This document shows, one piece after another, positions 41,601-51,698 of a DNA stretch of 64,000 nt. Each line of letters starts with the position of its first letter. Positions within the stretch are counted from its first letter, which is position 1. The DNA lies in assembly GCA_963722795.1 (NCBI GenBank), contig CAVROD010000004.1, forward strand, positions 774,771 through 838,770, read 5' to 3'. The position numbers were made by a program, and so were the translations under genes. Source of the stretch: an uncultured Actinomycetes bacterium. GTDB lineage: Bacteria; Actinomycetota; UBA4738; HRBIN12. Below the pieces are notes generated by a model. The model was not told the origin of the DNA. It saw only the letters and a program-made list of their open reading frames with translations, and made no database searches.

Positions 41601-43079
41601 CTGCCGGTCCCACACGAGCCGCGGCCGCAGCTCGGCGAACCCATCGCTCGGGTAGCGCCCCGCGAGCAGGTCGAGCACCGCGAGGAAGACGTCGCGCGAC
41701 AGCTCCGAGAAGTTGGCCGCCCGTCGCACCGCGGCGTACAGGTCGTCGACGCGCCACTCGTCGACCGCGCACATCGCGACGAGCTGCTGGGCGAGCACGT
41801 CGAGCGGGTCGCGCGGCACGCGCGTCTCCTCGATCGCGCCGGCGAGCATGCGTTCGGCCACCACGCTCGCCTCGAGCAGGTCGCCCCGGAACTTCGGGAA
41901 GATCTTCCCGCGGCTCGGTTCCCCGACCTGATGACCCGCCCGCCCGATGCGCTGCAGGCCGCTCGCGACCGACCCCGGCGACTCCACCTGCACGACGAGG
42001 TCGACCGCCCCCATGTCGATGCCGAGCTCGAGGCTGCTCGTGGCCACGATGGCGCGCAGCTGCCCCGACTTCAGGGCGTCCTCGACCTCGAGCCGCTGCT
42101 CGCGCGCGATCGACCCGTGGTGGGTGCGCACCAGGTCTTCCTCGGCGAGCTCGTTGAGCTGCGCGGCGAGCCGCTCGGCGAGGCGGCGGCCGTTCACGAA
42201 CACGATCGTCGAGCGATGCGCGCGGATGAGCTCGAGCAGACGGGGGTGGATCGACGGCCAGATGGATGTGCGCGAAGGACCTGCCGCAGCGGGTCCGCTC
42301 GTGGGCTCATCGAGAGGCTGCCCGATCGAGGCCATGTCCTCGATCGGCACCACGACCTCGAGCTGCATGGGCTTGCGGTGCCCGGCGTCGACGATCGTGA
42401 CGGGCCGTGGCGCGCCGTCATCGGCGTGCCCACCGAGGAAGCGTGCGATCGTCTCGAGGGGTCGCTGGGTCGCCGAGAGCCCGATGCGCTGGGGCGGCTC
42501 GTCGGCGAGCGTCTCGAGCCGTTCGAGCGAGAGCGCCAGGTGCGCCCCGCGCTTCGTGCCCGCGAGCGAGTGGATCTCGTCGACGATCACCGTGCCGACG
42601 TTGCGCAGCGTCTCGCGCGCCGACGACGTGAGCATCAGGTAGAGGGACTCCGGCGTCGTGATGAGGATGTCGGGGGGGTGGGCGAGCAGTTGCCGTCGTT
42701 CGCGCGCGGGGGTGTCGCCCGTGCGCACCCCGACCACCGGTTCGTGCGCGAGCCCGGCGCCCGCGCGCTCGGCCGCGTGGCGCATGCCGGCGAGTGGCGC
42801 CCGCAGGTTCTTCTCGACATCGACGGCGAGCGCGCGCAGCGGCGAGATGTAGACGACCCGGGTGCGGGCCTTCGGGTCGGCGGGGGGCGGCTCGGTCGCG
42901 AGCCGGTCGATCGCCCACAGGAAGGCGGCGAGCGTCTTGCCCGAACCGGTCGGCGCCAGCACGAGGGTGTGGTCGCGCCTCGCGATGGCCTTCCAGCCCT
43001 TCGACTGCGCGGGCGTGGGCGCGTCGAACGACGCCTCGAACCAGTCACGCACCGGGGGTGAGAAGGGGGCCAGGCTCAC
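38666..43079 (-). CDS. lhr: Long-form Lhr helicase with C-terminal glycosylase-like domain (frameshift near 40310)
   Basis: APTGSGKT, TTPESL, DEIH, SATQ, HHGS, SLELGID, QRIGR.GH, GTIPDRG, RRGYFV.GLG.AQF, A.DPAQPYG. Confidence 0.95.
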
Positions 43080-43152
43080 GACCCCCACGCTAGCGCGGAA
43101 CACCGACAACGCGGGTGCTCCGCGCGCCGGGCGGCAACGTAGGATGCGGGCC

Positions 43153-44199
43153 ATGTCCGGTCGGTCTTCCCTTCGGCTCGTCCTCGCCGTCTGCGCGGTG
43201 GTGCTCGCGACGGGCGGCGTCGCCCACGGACAGAACCCGTCGCCGACCCCCGCTCCCGGCGCCGATGTCGGCTCGGCCGAGGATCAGGTCGTGCTGTCGG
43301 GCACCGTCACCGTGCCGCGAGGGCGCGCCGTGGGCGAGGTCGTCGTGTTCCACGGGCGGGCCCTCATCGCGGGCGTGGTCGTCGGCGACGTGGTCGTGCT
43401 CGACGGGCCGGTCGTGATCGCCGGACAGGTGAGCGGCACGGTGGTCGCGATGAACGGTCCGATCCGCCTGGCCGCGACGGCCTCGGTCGGTGGTGACGTG
43501 CTCGGCGCCGGCGACGTTCGGCTGGAACCGGGCGCGCTCGTTGGCGGCGAGGTGCGCGACGACGTGCGGTTCACCCCGCGCGGCACGCTGGCTGCGCTCG
43601 GGGCCCTGCTCGGCGCCGTGGCCATCGCGGTCTCGGCCCTGTTGCTCCTGCTGCTGCTGCTCGCCCTCGCCCCCCGCGCGCTCGACCGGGTGGCCACCGC
43701 CGCTCGCACCGCACCCTTCGCGTCGTTCGGCTGGGGTGTCGTGGTCGCGCTCGCGCTGCCGACGCTCGCCGTCGCCGCGGCCGCATCGATCCTCGGACTG
43801 CCGCTCGGGCTCTCGCTGCTGCTCGCCTTCGGCCTCATCGCGCTCGTCGGGTACGCGCTGGTGACGTTCGCGGCCGGGCGGATGATCGTGCGGGAACCGC
43901 GCGGCCGTGCCGGTGCCCTGTTCGCCGGATGGGGGGCGGCCGCCGCGATCGGGTTGGTGCCCTTCCTCAACGTGGTCGCGTGGGCTCTCGGGTCGATGTT
44001 CGGCCTCGGCGCCGCCGTCGTCGCGATCTGGCGGGCCCGGTCGGCGGCGCCATCACGCGGGCGGCACCGGGCGGGCTACGCGCCGGCCGCGACCATCACG
44101 ATCCCTCCCGCCGCCCCGGCCGGCCGCGATCCGGCCGACCGCGATCCGGCCGAGGCGCCGGCGCCTGCCGAGGCCTACCCGGCCACCTCCGACGACTAG
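43153..44199 (+). CDS. Membrane protein with bactofilin-like (polymer-forming) beta-helix and several TM helices
   Basis: Signal peptide, G.V.GDVV..G repeats, 4-5 hydrophobic helices. Confidence 0.7.
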   Translation: MSGRSSLRLVLAVCAVVLATGGVAHGQNPSPTPAPGADVGSAEDQVVLSGTVTVPRGRAVGEVVVFHGRALIAGVVVGDVVVLDGPVVIAGQVSGTVVAMNGPIRLAATASVGGDVLGAGDVRLEPGALVGGEVRDDVRFTPRGTLAALGALLGAVAIAVSALLLLLLLLALAPRALDRVATAARTAPFASFGWGVVVALALPTLAVAAAASILGLPLGLSLLLAFGLIALVGYALVTFAAGRMIVREPRGRAGALFAGWGAAAAIGLVPFLNVVAWALGSMFGLGAAVVAIWRARSAAPSRGRHRAGYAPAATITIPPAAPAGRDPADRDPAEAPAPAEAYPATSDD

Positions 44200-44210
44200 T
44201 CCACGCTGGA

Positions 44211-44627
44211 CTACTCACGGCCGCGGCGCACCATGCGGGCCACCGCGAGGATCGCCGCGCTCACGACGGCACCGAATGCCAGCGCCTGCGGCGTGGAGCA
44301 CAACACCCGGGCGCCCGGTTCCACGGTGACCCTCGGCGACAGCACGAAGGCCACGAAGCTTCGCTCGCCGAGGGTGGCGCCTCCGGCTGCGAGGATCGTC
44401 TGAGCGCCTCCGTTCGTGATCGACACGTTGCCGCCGATCGCCATGGGGCCGCCGCCCCCGTTCGTGATGGTGAGGTTGCCGGCCGCCGCCAGCGCTCCCG
44501 CACCGCCGTTCGTGAGGAAGAGATCGCGCGAGGCCGCCGCGGCGCCGACCGCGCTGTCGCGGATGTCGACCTCCTCGCCTCGCGCCGCCCCCACGAAGCC
44601 GCGCTCGATCTGCGTGTGCTCCTGCAT
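44211..44627 (-). CDS. Gly-rich repeat protein with C-terminal membrane anchor
   Basis: GGAGG RBS; 16-aa TNGG repeats; C-terminal TM plus RR. Confidence 0.7.
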   Translation of the reverse strand: MQEHTQIERGFVGAARGEEVDIRDSAVGAAAASRDLFLTNGGAGALAAAGNLTITNGGGGPMAIGGNVSITNGGAQTILAAGGATLGERSFVAFVLSPRVTVEPGARVLCSTPQALAFGAVVSAAILAVARMVRRGRE

Positions 44628-44670
44628 GTCGTCCTCCGATCGGTCGTGTGAGCATGCTAGGGTCCGCGCC

Positions 44671-46312
44671 GTGCCGGATGCAGCCCGCGCGCCCGCCGAC
44701 CTGATCATCGCCGACGCCGTCGTGTGGTGCGGTGACGCCGCTCGCCGCCGCGCGCGGGCGATCGCGGTCCGCGGCGATCGCATCGTGGCCGTGGGCGCCG
44801 ACGACGACGTGCGCGCGTTCCGCGGACCGGCGACCGAGGTGCTGAGCCTGCCGGGGCGCATGGTGGTGCCCGGCTTCCAGGACGCCCACGTGCACCCGTC
44901 GGTCGGGGCCCGCAACCTGCTGAACGTGAACCTCGACGACCTGTCCACGAAGCAGGACTACCTCGAGTCGCATCGCGGCGGTGGCCGCCGCGAACCCCGA
45001 TCTCGACTGGATCGTCGGCGGCGGCTGGCTCAACACCGTGTTCGCCGAGACCGGCGGCCCGCGCAAGGAGGATCTCGACGCGGTCGTGCCGGACCGGCCC
45101 GTCTTCCTGCTGAACACCGACGTGCACGCGGGGTGGGTGAACTCGCGGGCACTCGAGATGGCGGGCTACTCGGCCTCGACGCCCGACCCGTGGGACGGCT
45201 ACCTCGTGCGCGACCCCGACGGCTCGCCGACCGGCACGTTGCAGGAAGGCGCCGCCTACGACGTGCTGCGCACCGTGGCGGCCCAGCCGACGGTCTCGCA
45301 ATGGAAGGCTTGCCTGCTGCGCGCCCAGCAGGAACTGCACGCCCTCGGCATCACCGGGTGGCATGACGCATGGGTCGAACCCGACCTGCTGCGCGCCTAC
45401 CGCGAGCTCGACGACGAGGGCGAGCTCACGGCGCGGGTCGTCACCGCGATGTGGTGGGACCGCCATGCGGGCATGGAACAGGTCGAGCGCCTCGTCGAAC
45501 AGCGCGCCTGGGCGAGCGGTGGCCACGTGCACGCGAACACGATCAAGCTGATGCTCGACGGCTGCCCCGAGAGCTGCACGGCCTCGATGCTCGGGCCCTA
45601 CGAGGGTGCGTTCGGCGAGCGGCACGGGCGGGGCATCCAGTTCATCGACGCCGAGGCATTGACCGAGGCGGCGGTGGCGCTCGACGCGCGTGGGTTCCAG
45701 CTGCATCAGCACGCGCTCGGCGACCGGGCGTTGCGCAGCGGCCTCGACGCGATCGAGGCCGCCCGCGCGGCCAACGGCTGGTACGACGCCCGCCATCACA
45801 TCGCGCACATCCAGCTGCCCGACCCGGCGGACCTGCCGCGCCTGCGCCGGCTCGGGGTCGTCGCGAACCTGCAGCCGTACTGGGCCCAGCTCGACTCGGA
45901 GCTCGCCGAGGTCACCGTGTCGCGCGTGGGCGAGCGCGCGTCGCGCTTGTACCCGATCGGCTCGATCGTGGCGTCGGGGGCGCAGGTGTGCATCGGCAGC
46001 GACTGGCCGGTGACGACGCCGAACCCATGGCTCGAGCTCGAGGTCGCGGTCACGCGCCGCCCACCCGGCGAGCCCGACGCCGAGCCGCTCGACGAGGCCC
46101 AGCGCATCGACCTCGCCACCGCGATGGCCGCGTTCGCCCGCGGCTCTGCGTACGTGAACCACGACGACGAGGCAGGCGTGCTCGCCCCCGGCATGCGCGC
46201 CGACCTCGCCGTGCTCGACCGCGATCCGTTCGATCGCTCGCTCGGGTCGATCGGCCAGACCAGGAACGAGCTCACGATGGTCTCGGGCCGCGTCGTCTTC
46301 GAGCGGTCGTAG
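44671..46312 (+). CDS. Amidohydrolase 3 (YtcJ-like); frameshift near 44970
   Basis: PGFQDAH.H, H..WVNS.AL, K..LDG, HALGD.A, GSDWPV, G.L.PG..AD..VLD. Confidence 0.92.
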
Positions 46313-46320
46313 TCGGAGAC

Positions 46321-48060
46321 TCAGGCCAGCAGGTATCGGCGGGAGAGCGGCACCTCGGCCACCGGCTCGCATGCGAGCGGGCGCCCGCCGAGCGTGACCT
46401 CGCCGTCGTCGGGGGAGACCTCGATATCGGGCACCGCGGAGTTGGCGACCATGTCCGCCCGCGTGAGCCCCCTCGTGCCGCGCACTGCGGCGAGGCGCCG
46501 GCGCGACCCGGGCATGCCCGAGTCGAGCGCGGCCGCCGACACGAACGTCGTCGACAGGCGCGCGGCCGCCTCGCCCGTGCCGCCCCAGTCCGGCCCGTAC
46601 CGCGTGGGCTCGGCGCCGTGCACGCTCGCGTTGCCCTCGCCCATCGCGCTCCACGCCACCGCGCCGCCCTTCAGCACGAGGAATGGCCGCACGCCGAACC
46701 GCGTGGGTTCCCACAACACGATGTCGGCCAGGTGCCCCGGGGCGAGCGAGCCCACCTCGCCGGCCAGGCCGTGCACGATCGCCGGTTCGGCCGTGTGCTT
46801 CGCGAGGTAGGCCAGCACGCGCTCGTTGTCGTCGGGCCCGAGTCCGTCGTCGTCGAGCGAGGCAGACGGGCGCGGTCGCAGGCGACGCGCGCTCGGCAGC
46901 CCGGGCCAGCCGGCGCCGAGCTCGCTCGCGCGCCAGGCCTTCATCACGTGGGCGAGCTGCCACGTGCGTCGGATCGTCTCGCCGATGCGCCCCATGCCCT
47001 GCGAGTCGGAGTTCACGATCGAGATCGCCCCCAGGTCGTGTAGCGGTCCCTCGGCGGCCATCGTGGTGGCGCGCACGCGCTCCCGCGCTCCCTCGACGTC
47101 ACCGGGCACGGCCGGGTTCCCCTCGTGCACGATCAGGATCATGTCGGTGTGCTCGAGATCGGCGGCGCGGCCCCATGGCAGGCCGGGCGTGGTCGACGAG
47201 CAGAGCACGGTCGGCACCCGCACGAGGCCGAGCACGTCGGGCACGTGGCCGCCGCCGGCGCCCTCCACGTGGTAGGCGTGCATCGTGCGTCCCGCGATCG
47301 CCTCGATCGTTCCCTCGAGCTCCGTCGACTCGTTGAGCCCGTCGGTGTGCAGGCACACCGCCACGTCGTGGGCCTCGGCCGCGGCCAGCGTGGCATCGAT
47401 GATCTCGGGGTAGGCGCCCCAGTCCTCGTGGATCTTCAGCCCCACCGCACCCGCCGCGATCAGCGCGTCGAGCGGCTCGCGCCGATCGGCCCGAGCGCTC
47501 GCCTGCAGCCCCAGGTTCACCGGCAGGAACTCGAACGCCTCGAGCGTGCGGTGCATACGCCAGGCCGGCTCCTCGAAGCCGGCGGTGATCAGGGTCGTCA
47601 CGCCGGCGCTGAGGGCCACCGGCACGAGCCGCGGGCTCAGCAGGTGCACGTGGCTGTCGATGCCGCCGGGCGTCGCGATGAGCCCGTGGCTCGGGATGGG
47701 CCAGGTGCCCGGCCCGATCGTCAGGTCGACGCCGTCGGTGATGTCGGGGTTGCCGGCTCGTCCGATGCCGGCGATGCGGCCGTCCTTGATGCCGAGGTCG
47801 GCCTTCACGACGCCGAGCAGCGGGTCGAGCACGATCGCGCTGCCGATCACCGCGTCGAGCTCGCTCTCGCTCGTGGCGCCGTCGCGCTGGGTCATGCGTG
47901 AGCGCAGGTTCTTGGCGTAGCCCCACAACGCCTGGTCGGCGGGCTCGGTGAGGTCCTCCTCGATGCGGATCCACAGGTCGGTGTCGGCCAGTCTGATCCG
48001 GTCCCCGGTCGTCGGACCGTGGCGCATGGCGTGCTCGGCGCGCGAGATCGACCGCGGCAT
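46321..48060 (-). CDS. ureC: Urease alpha-subunit homolog (divergent)
   Basis: GPTTGDRIRL.DT, GGIDSHVH, GLKIHEDWG, HTD..NE, H.EGAGGGH, SDSQ.MGR. Confidence 0.85.
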   Translation of the reverse strand: MPRSISRAEHAMRHGPTTGDRIRLADTDLWIRIEEDLTEPADQALWGYAKNLRSRMTQRDGATSESELDAVIGSAIVLDPLLGVVKADLGIKDGRIAGIGRAGNPDITDGVDLTIGPGTWPIPSHGLIATPGGIDSHVHLLSPRLVPVALSAGVTTLITAGFEEPAWRMHRTLEAFEFLPVNLGLQASARADRREPLDALIAAGAVGLKIHEDWGAYPEIIDATLAAAEAHDVAVCLHTDGLNESTELEGTIEAIAGRTMHAYHVEGAGGGHVPDVLGLVRVPTVLCSSTTPGLPWGRAADLEHTDMILIVHEGNPAVPGDVEGARERVRATTMAAEGPLHDLGAISIVNSDSQGMGRIGETIRRTWQLAHVMKAWRASELGAGWPGLPSARRLRPRPSASLDDDGLGPDDNERVLAYLAKHTAEPAIVHGLAGEVGSLAPGHLADIVLWEPTRFGVRPFLVLKGGAVAWSAMGEGNASVHGAEPTRYGPDWGGTGEAAARLSTTFVSAAALDSGMPGSRRRLAAVRGTRGLTRADMVANSAVPDIEVSPDDGEVTLGGRPLACEPVAEVPLSRRYLLA

Positions 48061-48644
48061 CAGGGCGCGCCGGCACCGCCGTAGGCGACGAGGTCGGCCT
48101 CGCGTTCCTCGCCGGGGGCCCACCGCAGCGAGTCGCCCGCCGGCAGGTCGAGCCGGAAGCCGCGTGCCGCCTCGCGATCGAACTCGAGCGAGGGGTTCGC
48201 CTGCCAGAGCGGGAAGTGCGACGAGACCCTGATCGGCCTGCGCCCCGCGTTGCGGATCGTGATCCGCCGTCGCTCCCGGTCGGGCACGAGCGCGACGTCG
48301 CCCGGCGCGAACCGCACGGCGCCGGGGTCGCCTTCCTTGGCCGAGCCGAACGGCGCCCGCAGCACGATCAGTCGCGTGCCCTCCTCGAGCAGCACCTCGA
48401 CCCTGATCTCCGGCGCGATCGAGGCGACGCCGTCGAGCACCGGCGTGCGTCCGGCCACGGTGCGCCCGGCCGCGACGACCTCGTCGAAGGTCGCGCCCCC
48501 TCGTGCGGCCAGGTGCATCTCGTCGCACACGAGCGCGATCGCCTCGGGCGCGTTGAGCGGCAGGCCGCGCGCGAGCGTCTCGCGCGCGAGCTGGGCCGCG
48601 GTGAAGACCAGCAGCCGGTCGTGCTCGGTCGGGTTCAGCTGCAC
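48060..48644 (-). CDS. ureAB: Fused urease gamma/beta subunit homolog
   Basis: L.P.E.DRLL..A......RGL.LN.PEA then N.G.RPI.V.SHF...N..L.FDR..A.G.RLD.PAG. Confidence 0.85.
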   Translation of the reverse strand: MQLNPTEHDRLLVFTAAQLARETLARGLPLNAPEAIALVCDEMHLAARGGATFDEVVAAGRTVAGRTPVLDGVASIAPEIRVEVLLEEGTRLIVLRAPFGSAKEGDPGAVRFAPGDVALVPDRERRRITIRNAGRRPIRVSSHFPLWQANPSLEFDREAARGFRLDLPAGDSLRWAPGEEREADLVAYGGAGAP

Positions 48645-48746
48645 GGCGCCATCACGAGCGGAACAGTGGCGCACCGGGCGCGCGGTCGCAACCCTTCGCC
48701 TCCGGTCGATGGTGATGGAGCAGGCAACGGCATATCGTGGCTCATC

Positions 48747-49194
48747 GTGATCCGGCTCATCCCGCTCGTCGTGCTGTTCGTGCTCGCGCTCTGGGGGTTC
48801 CGCCTCGCTGCGCGCAAGGCGCAGGCCTACGCGCTGCGGCAGCGTCGCGCCCGCATCGTCGGTGCCGACCGCCCGGGCGCCTATGACTGGGACCGGCGCA
48901 CCGACCAACTCAAGCGAGAGGTCAAGGGCATCGCGGGGCCGGCGGAACGGCGCGCCGAGATCGCCGGCTGGCTCGACGCGCACGACGGCGTCGAGGCCTA
49001 CGTGGAACCGAAGACCGTGGTCTCGCCGCTCTCGGTGGTCTTCGTCGACGGCGTGGGGGAGTGGCGCCGGTTCGAGCTGGCCGAGGACCGGTTCCTCAAG
49101 GATCTGGCGAAGCAGCGTCGCATCAAGGTCATGGACGCCACGCGGGTCGGCTACCCCCCGCGCATGCGTCGCCGGCCCCCGCCCGGACGCCTGA
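48747..49194 (+). CDS. Actinobacterial-type hypothetical protein with N-terminal TM (3' end probably frameshifted)
   Basis: GVEAYVEPKT...DG.GEW.R...GYP.RMR pattern. Confidence 0.6.
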
Positions 49195-49203
49195 ATCACC
49201 GGA

Positions 49204-50385
49204 TCAGCCGGCGTCGGTCGCGGACCCCGCTCGCTCGGCCTCGAGCGCCTTCGGCTGCAGCCGCACCGCGAGCAGCGGGAAGATCGCGACCGACAGCACG
49301 CCCGCGCCCACGAGCGCGGCAGCGTTCTCGGGCAGCATCGACCCGTTCTGCAGGCCGATCTCGCTCAGCGCGACGAGCAGCGGCAGCGCGGTCGCCGTGA
49401 GCAGCATCATCTGCACCCGTCGCGGCGCCGGCAGGTCCTGTCGGTAGACGAACAGCGCGGGCACGCCGCGCACCACGAGCAACAGCGCGAAGAACACGAA
49501 CAGCCGCCCCGGCGATTCCACGATCGAGACCACGTCGAGCCCCATGCCCGACGACACGAAGAACACCGGGATGAAGAACCCGTAGCCGACGGCGTCGAGC
49601 TTCTTCTCGAGCGTCTCCACGTCGCCGGGCGCCCACCGCTTCAGCACCATGCCCGCGAAGAACGCGCCGAGCACGATGTCGAGGCCGAACTCCGCCGACA
49701 GGAACAGCAGGGCCACGAGCAGCAGCACCGTGAGGCGCAGGGTCGTCTGCGAGGTCTCGTGCTGGCCTTCCTCGATGACGCGACCGAACCGCGTGCCCTG
49801 CGTGAGCCGCGGCACGACCGAGAGCGCGAACGCGGCGCCTGCGACCGCGGCGACGCCGATCACCTCCACGATCGAGCTGTAGTGCCCGAGCAGCAGGGCG
49901 ATGCAGAGCACCGGGCCCATCTCGCCCACGGCGCCGGCGGCGAACACGTACCGGCCGAAGCGCCCTTCGAGCATGTGGTGGTCGCGCAGGATCGGCAGCA
50001 GGGTGCCGAGCGCGGTCGTGGTGAGGCCGATCGCGACCGGCAGGAACGCCTTCACGAGCCCGGCCGCCTCGAGCGCGCCGACGATCGCGATCGACAGCAC
50101 GATCGTCATCGCCCAGGCGATCATCGCGAGCCGGCCGGGACGCGCCTTCAGCAGGCTGGGCTCGAGCTCGTAGCCCGCCAGCAGGAAGAGGAACCCGAGC
50201 CCCAGGTTCGCGAACAGCTCGATGTCGTCGGGCTGGGCGAGGTCGAGCACCTCCGGACCGATCACCACGCCGCCGGCGATCAGCAGCACGACCTGCGGCA
50301 CGCGCCCCGGCAGGAACGCCACCACGATGGGCGCCGCGGCGACGACCACCATGGCGGCGAGCAACGCGCCGAGCCCTTCGAGCAT
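49204..50385 (-). CDS. Cation:proton antiporter (CPA2)
   Basis: ~12 TMs; LFLLAG.E, TTALG...PIL, LGAF.AG, GFFIPVFF..SG. Confidence 0.9.
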   Translation of the reverse strand: MLEGLGALLAAMVVVAAAPIVVAFLPGRVPQVVLLIAGGVVIGPEVLDLAQPDDIELFANLGLGFLFLLAGYELEPSLLKARPGRLAMIAWAMTIVLSIAIVGALEAAGLVKAFLPVAIGLTTTALGTLLPILRDHHMLEGRFGRYVFAAGAVGEMGPVLCIALLLGHYSSIVEVIGVAAVAGAAFALSVVPRLTQGTRFGRVIEEGQHETSQTTLRLTVLLLVALLFLSAEFGLDIVLGAFFAGMVLKRWAPGDVETLEKKLDAVGYGFFIPVFFVSSGMGLDVVSIVESPGRLFVFFALLLVVRGVPALFVYRQDLPAPRRVQMMLLTATALPLLVALSEIGLQNGSMLPENAAALVGAGVLSVAIFPLLAVRLQPKALEAERAGSATDAG

Positions 50386-50460
50386 GCCGCAGGCTACCCC
50401 GTCCTCCGTGGTGCGCACAGGCGTCCCCCGACGAGGTCGACACCGGTATCCTTGCGAGCC

Positions 50461-50730
50461 GTGAGGCCGATCGACGGTGCCCTCTCGACGGGCGACCGAC
50501 CGGGGTGTTCCCTGTGCGGCCGACCCACCTACGACCCCGACAAGCGGGAGACGCCGTGGGTGCGGGCGGTCTCGGGCGGGCGGCAGGTGCTGATCTGTCC
50601 GGCCTGCCAGGCGGAGCGTCCGGACTGGGCCGAGGGCCTGGACCGGTGCCGCGCCTGCGGAGGAACGCGCCTGTCGGCGCAGCTCGGGGGAGTGGTGTGC
50701 CGGGCGTGCGGCCACACGGAACTCGCGTGA
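50461..50730 (+). CDS. Small protein with four CxxC motifs (double zinc ribbon)
   Basis: CSLC, CPAC, CRAC, CRAC; start uncertain. Confidence 0.65.
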   Translation: MRPIDGALSTGDRPGCSLCGRPTYDPDKRETPWVRAVSGGRQVLICPACQAERPDWAEGLDRCRACGGTRLSAQLGGVVCRACGHTELA

Positions 50731-50737
50731 GGAACGC

Positions 50738-50810
50738 GGGCGCTTAGCTCAGCTGGCAGAGCGTCGCCCTTACAAGGCGAAGGTCGGGGGTTCGAGACCC
50801 TCAGCGCCCA
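50738..50810 (+). tRNA. tRNA-Val (TAC)
   Basis: GGGCGCT/AGCGCCC acceptor, CT-TAC-AA loop, GGTTCGAGACC. Confidence 0.96.
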
Positions 50811-50824
50811 CCGAGGAAGCCAGA

Positions 50825-51442
50825 TCAGTCGGAAGCGATGATCCAACGGGCGATGCCGTCGATCGAACCTTCCGGGAGATGAACGAGATCGGAGATCACG
50901 GGAGGGCTTGCGCCAACGAAGAATCGCAGCCTTGCAGCTTCCAGGAGATCGCGATCGTTAGCCGAGTCCCCGACTGCTGCGACCTGATCGAGCCGAAGCC
51001 CGAGCCGCGCCGTCAGGTCTCTCAGCCACGGACCTTTGTCGGATGGCCAGACGTGTTCGATCCCGCCTTCGCCGTGCCGGGTCCCGAGAGTGTGCTCAGC
51101 GCCCAGCCGACGGGCGAACCACTCGACCGCGACGCTCCACGTGATGGAGACGATCGCTGTCGTTATCCCCTTCGCTCGTAGGAGGTCGAACGCTTGCTCG
51201 GTGCCGGGTGCGAGGTCGAGGTCGAGTAGTCCGGCAACCAGCTCCTCCTCGGCGTAGTCCCGGTACCACTCGGCCATCGCCTCCCGAGCAGTCGTCACTT
51301 CTTCGACATCCCGGCTGGCGTCCAACCCCTCGAAGGCTGCGCACTCTTCGGTCCGTCCGATCCGGCGGGCGATGGCCTCGACACAGGTCTCGCCGCGGAC
51401 CAAGGTTCCGTCGAGGTCGAAGGCCACGAGCGCGATCGCCAT
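50825..51442 (-). CDS. HAD-family phosphatase (SerB-like)
   Basis: FDLDGTL, IVS, K, VGDSAND. Confidence 0.88.
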   Translation of the reverse strand: MAIALVAFDLDGTLVRGETCVEAIARRIGRTEECAAFEGLDASRDVEEVTTAREAMAEWYRDYAEEELVAGLLDLDLAPGTEQAFDLLRAKGITTAIVSITWSVAVEWFARRLGAEHTLGTRHGEGGIEHVWPSDKGPWLRDLTARLGLRLDQVAAVGDSANDRDLLEAARLRFFVGASPPVISDLVHLPEGSIDGIARWIIASD

Positions 51443-51615
51443 CCAGCAGGTTATCCCACGGGCCGACCGAGAGATCGTCCTCCGCTTCGTGCGGGTGGCT
51501 ACTCGTCGCGATCACTGGTCTCTCGGCCCGCGAGGATGTGGATTCGGAGCGAACAAGCGGGGAGGTAGCCCGTGTCAGAGCGCGTCACTAGCGTGTACCG
51601 CCAACGATCCTCCTA

Positions 51616-51641
51616 GGTCCGGGGGGTGACGCCCCCGGACC
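51616..51641. other. Intergenic hairpin
   Basis: GGTCCGGGGG-GTGACG-CCCCCGGACC. Confidence 0.5.
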
Positions 51642-51698
51642 GAGCACCCTGGTTCTCCATTCTCTTCGCCGTCGGCGGCCTGTGCGATGATCGACGAC

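Noticed and set aside
37882-43079. lhr-nei as a novel repair system or pseudogenes
   Set aside because: Known actinobacterial gene pair; isolated frameshifts are probably sequencing errors
51467-51527. Imperfect inverted repeat ccgagagatc...ggtctctcgg upstream of the HAD gene
   Set aside because: Single copy, not similar to the R elements, no riboswitch motif recognised
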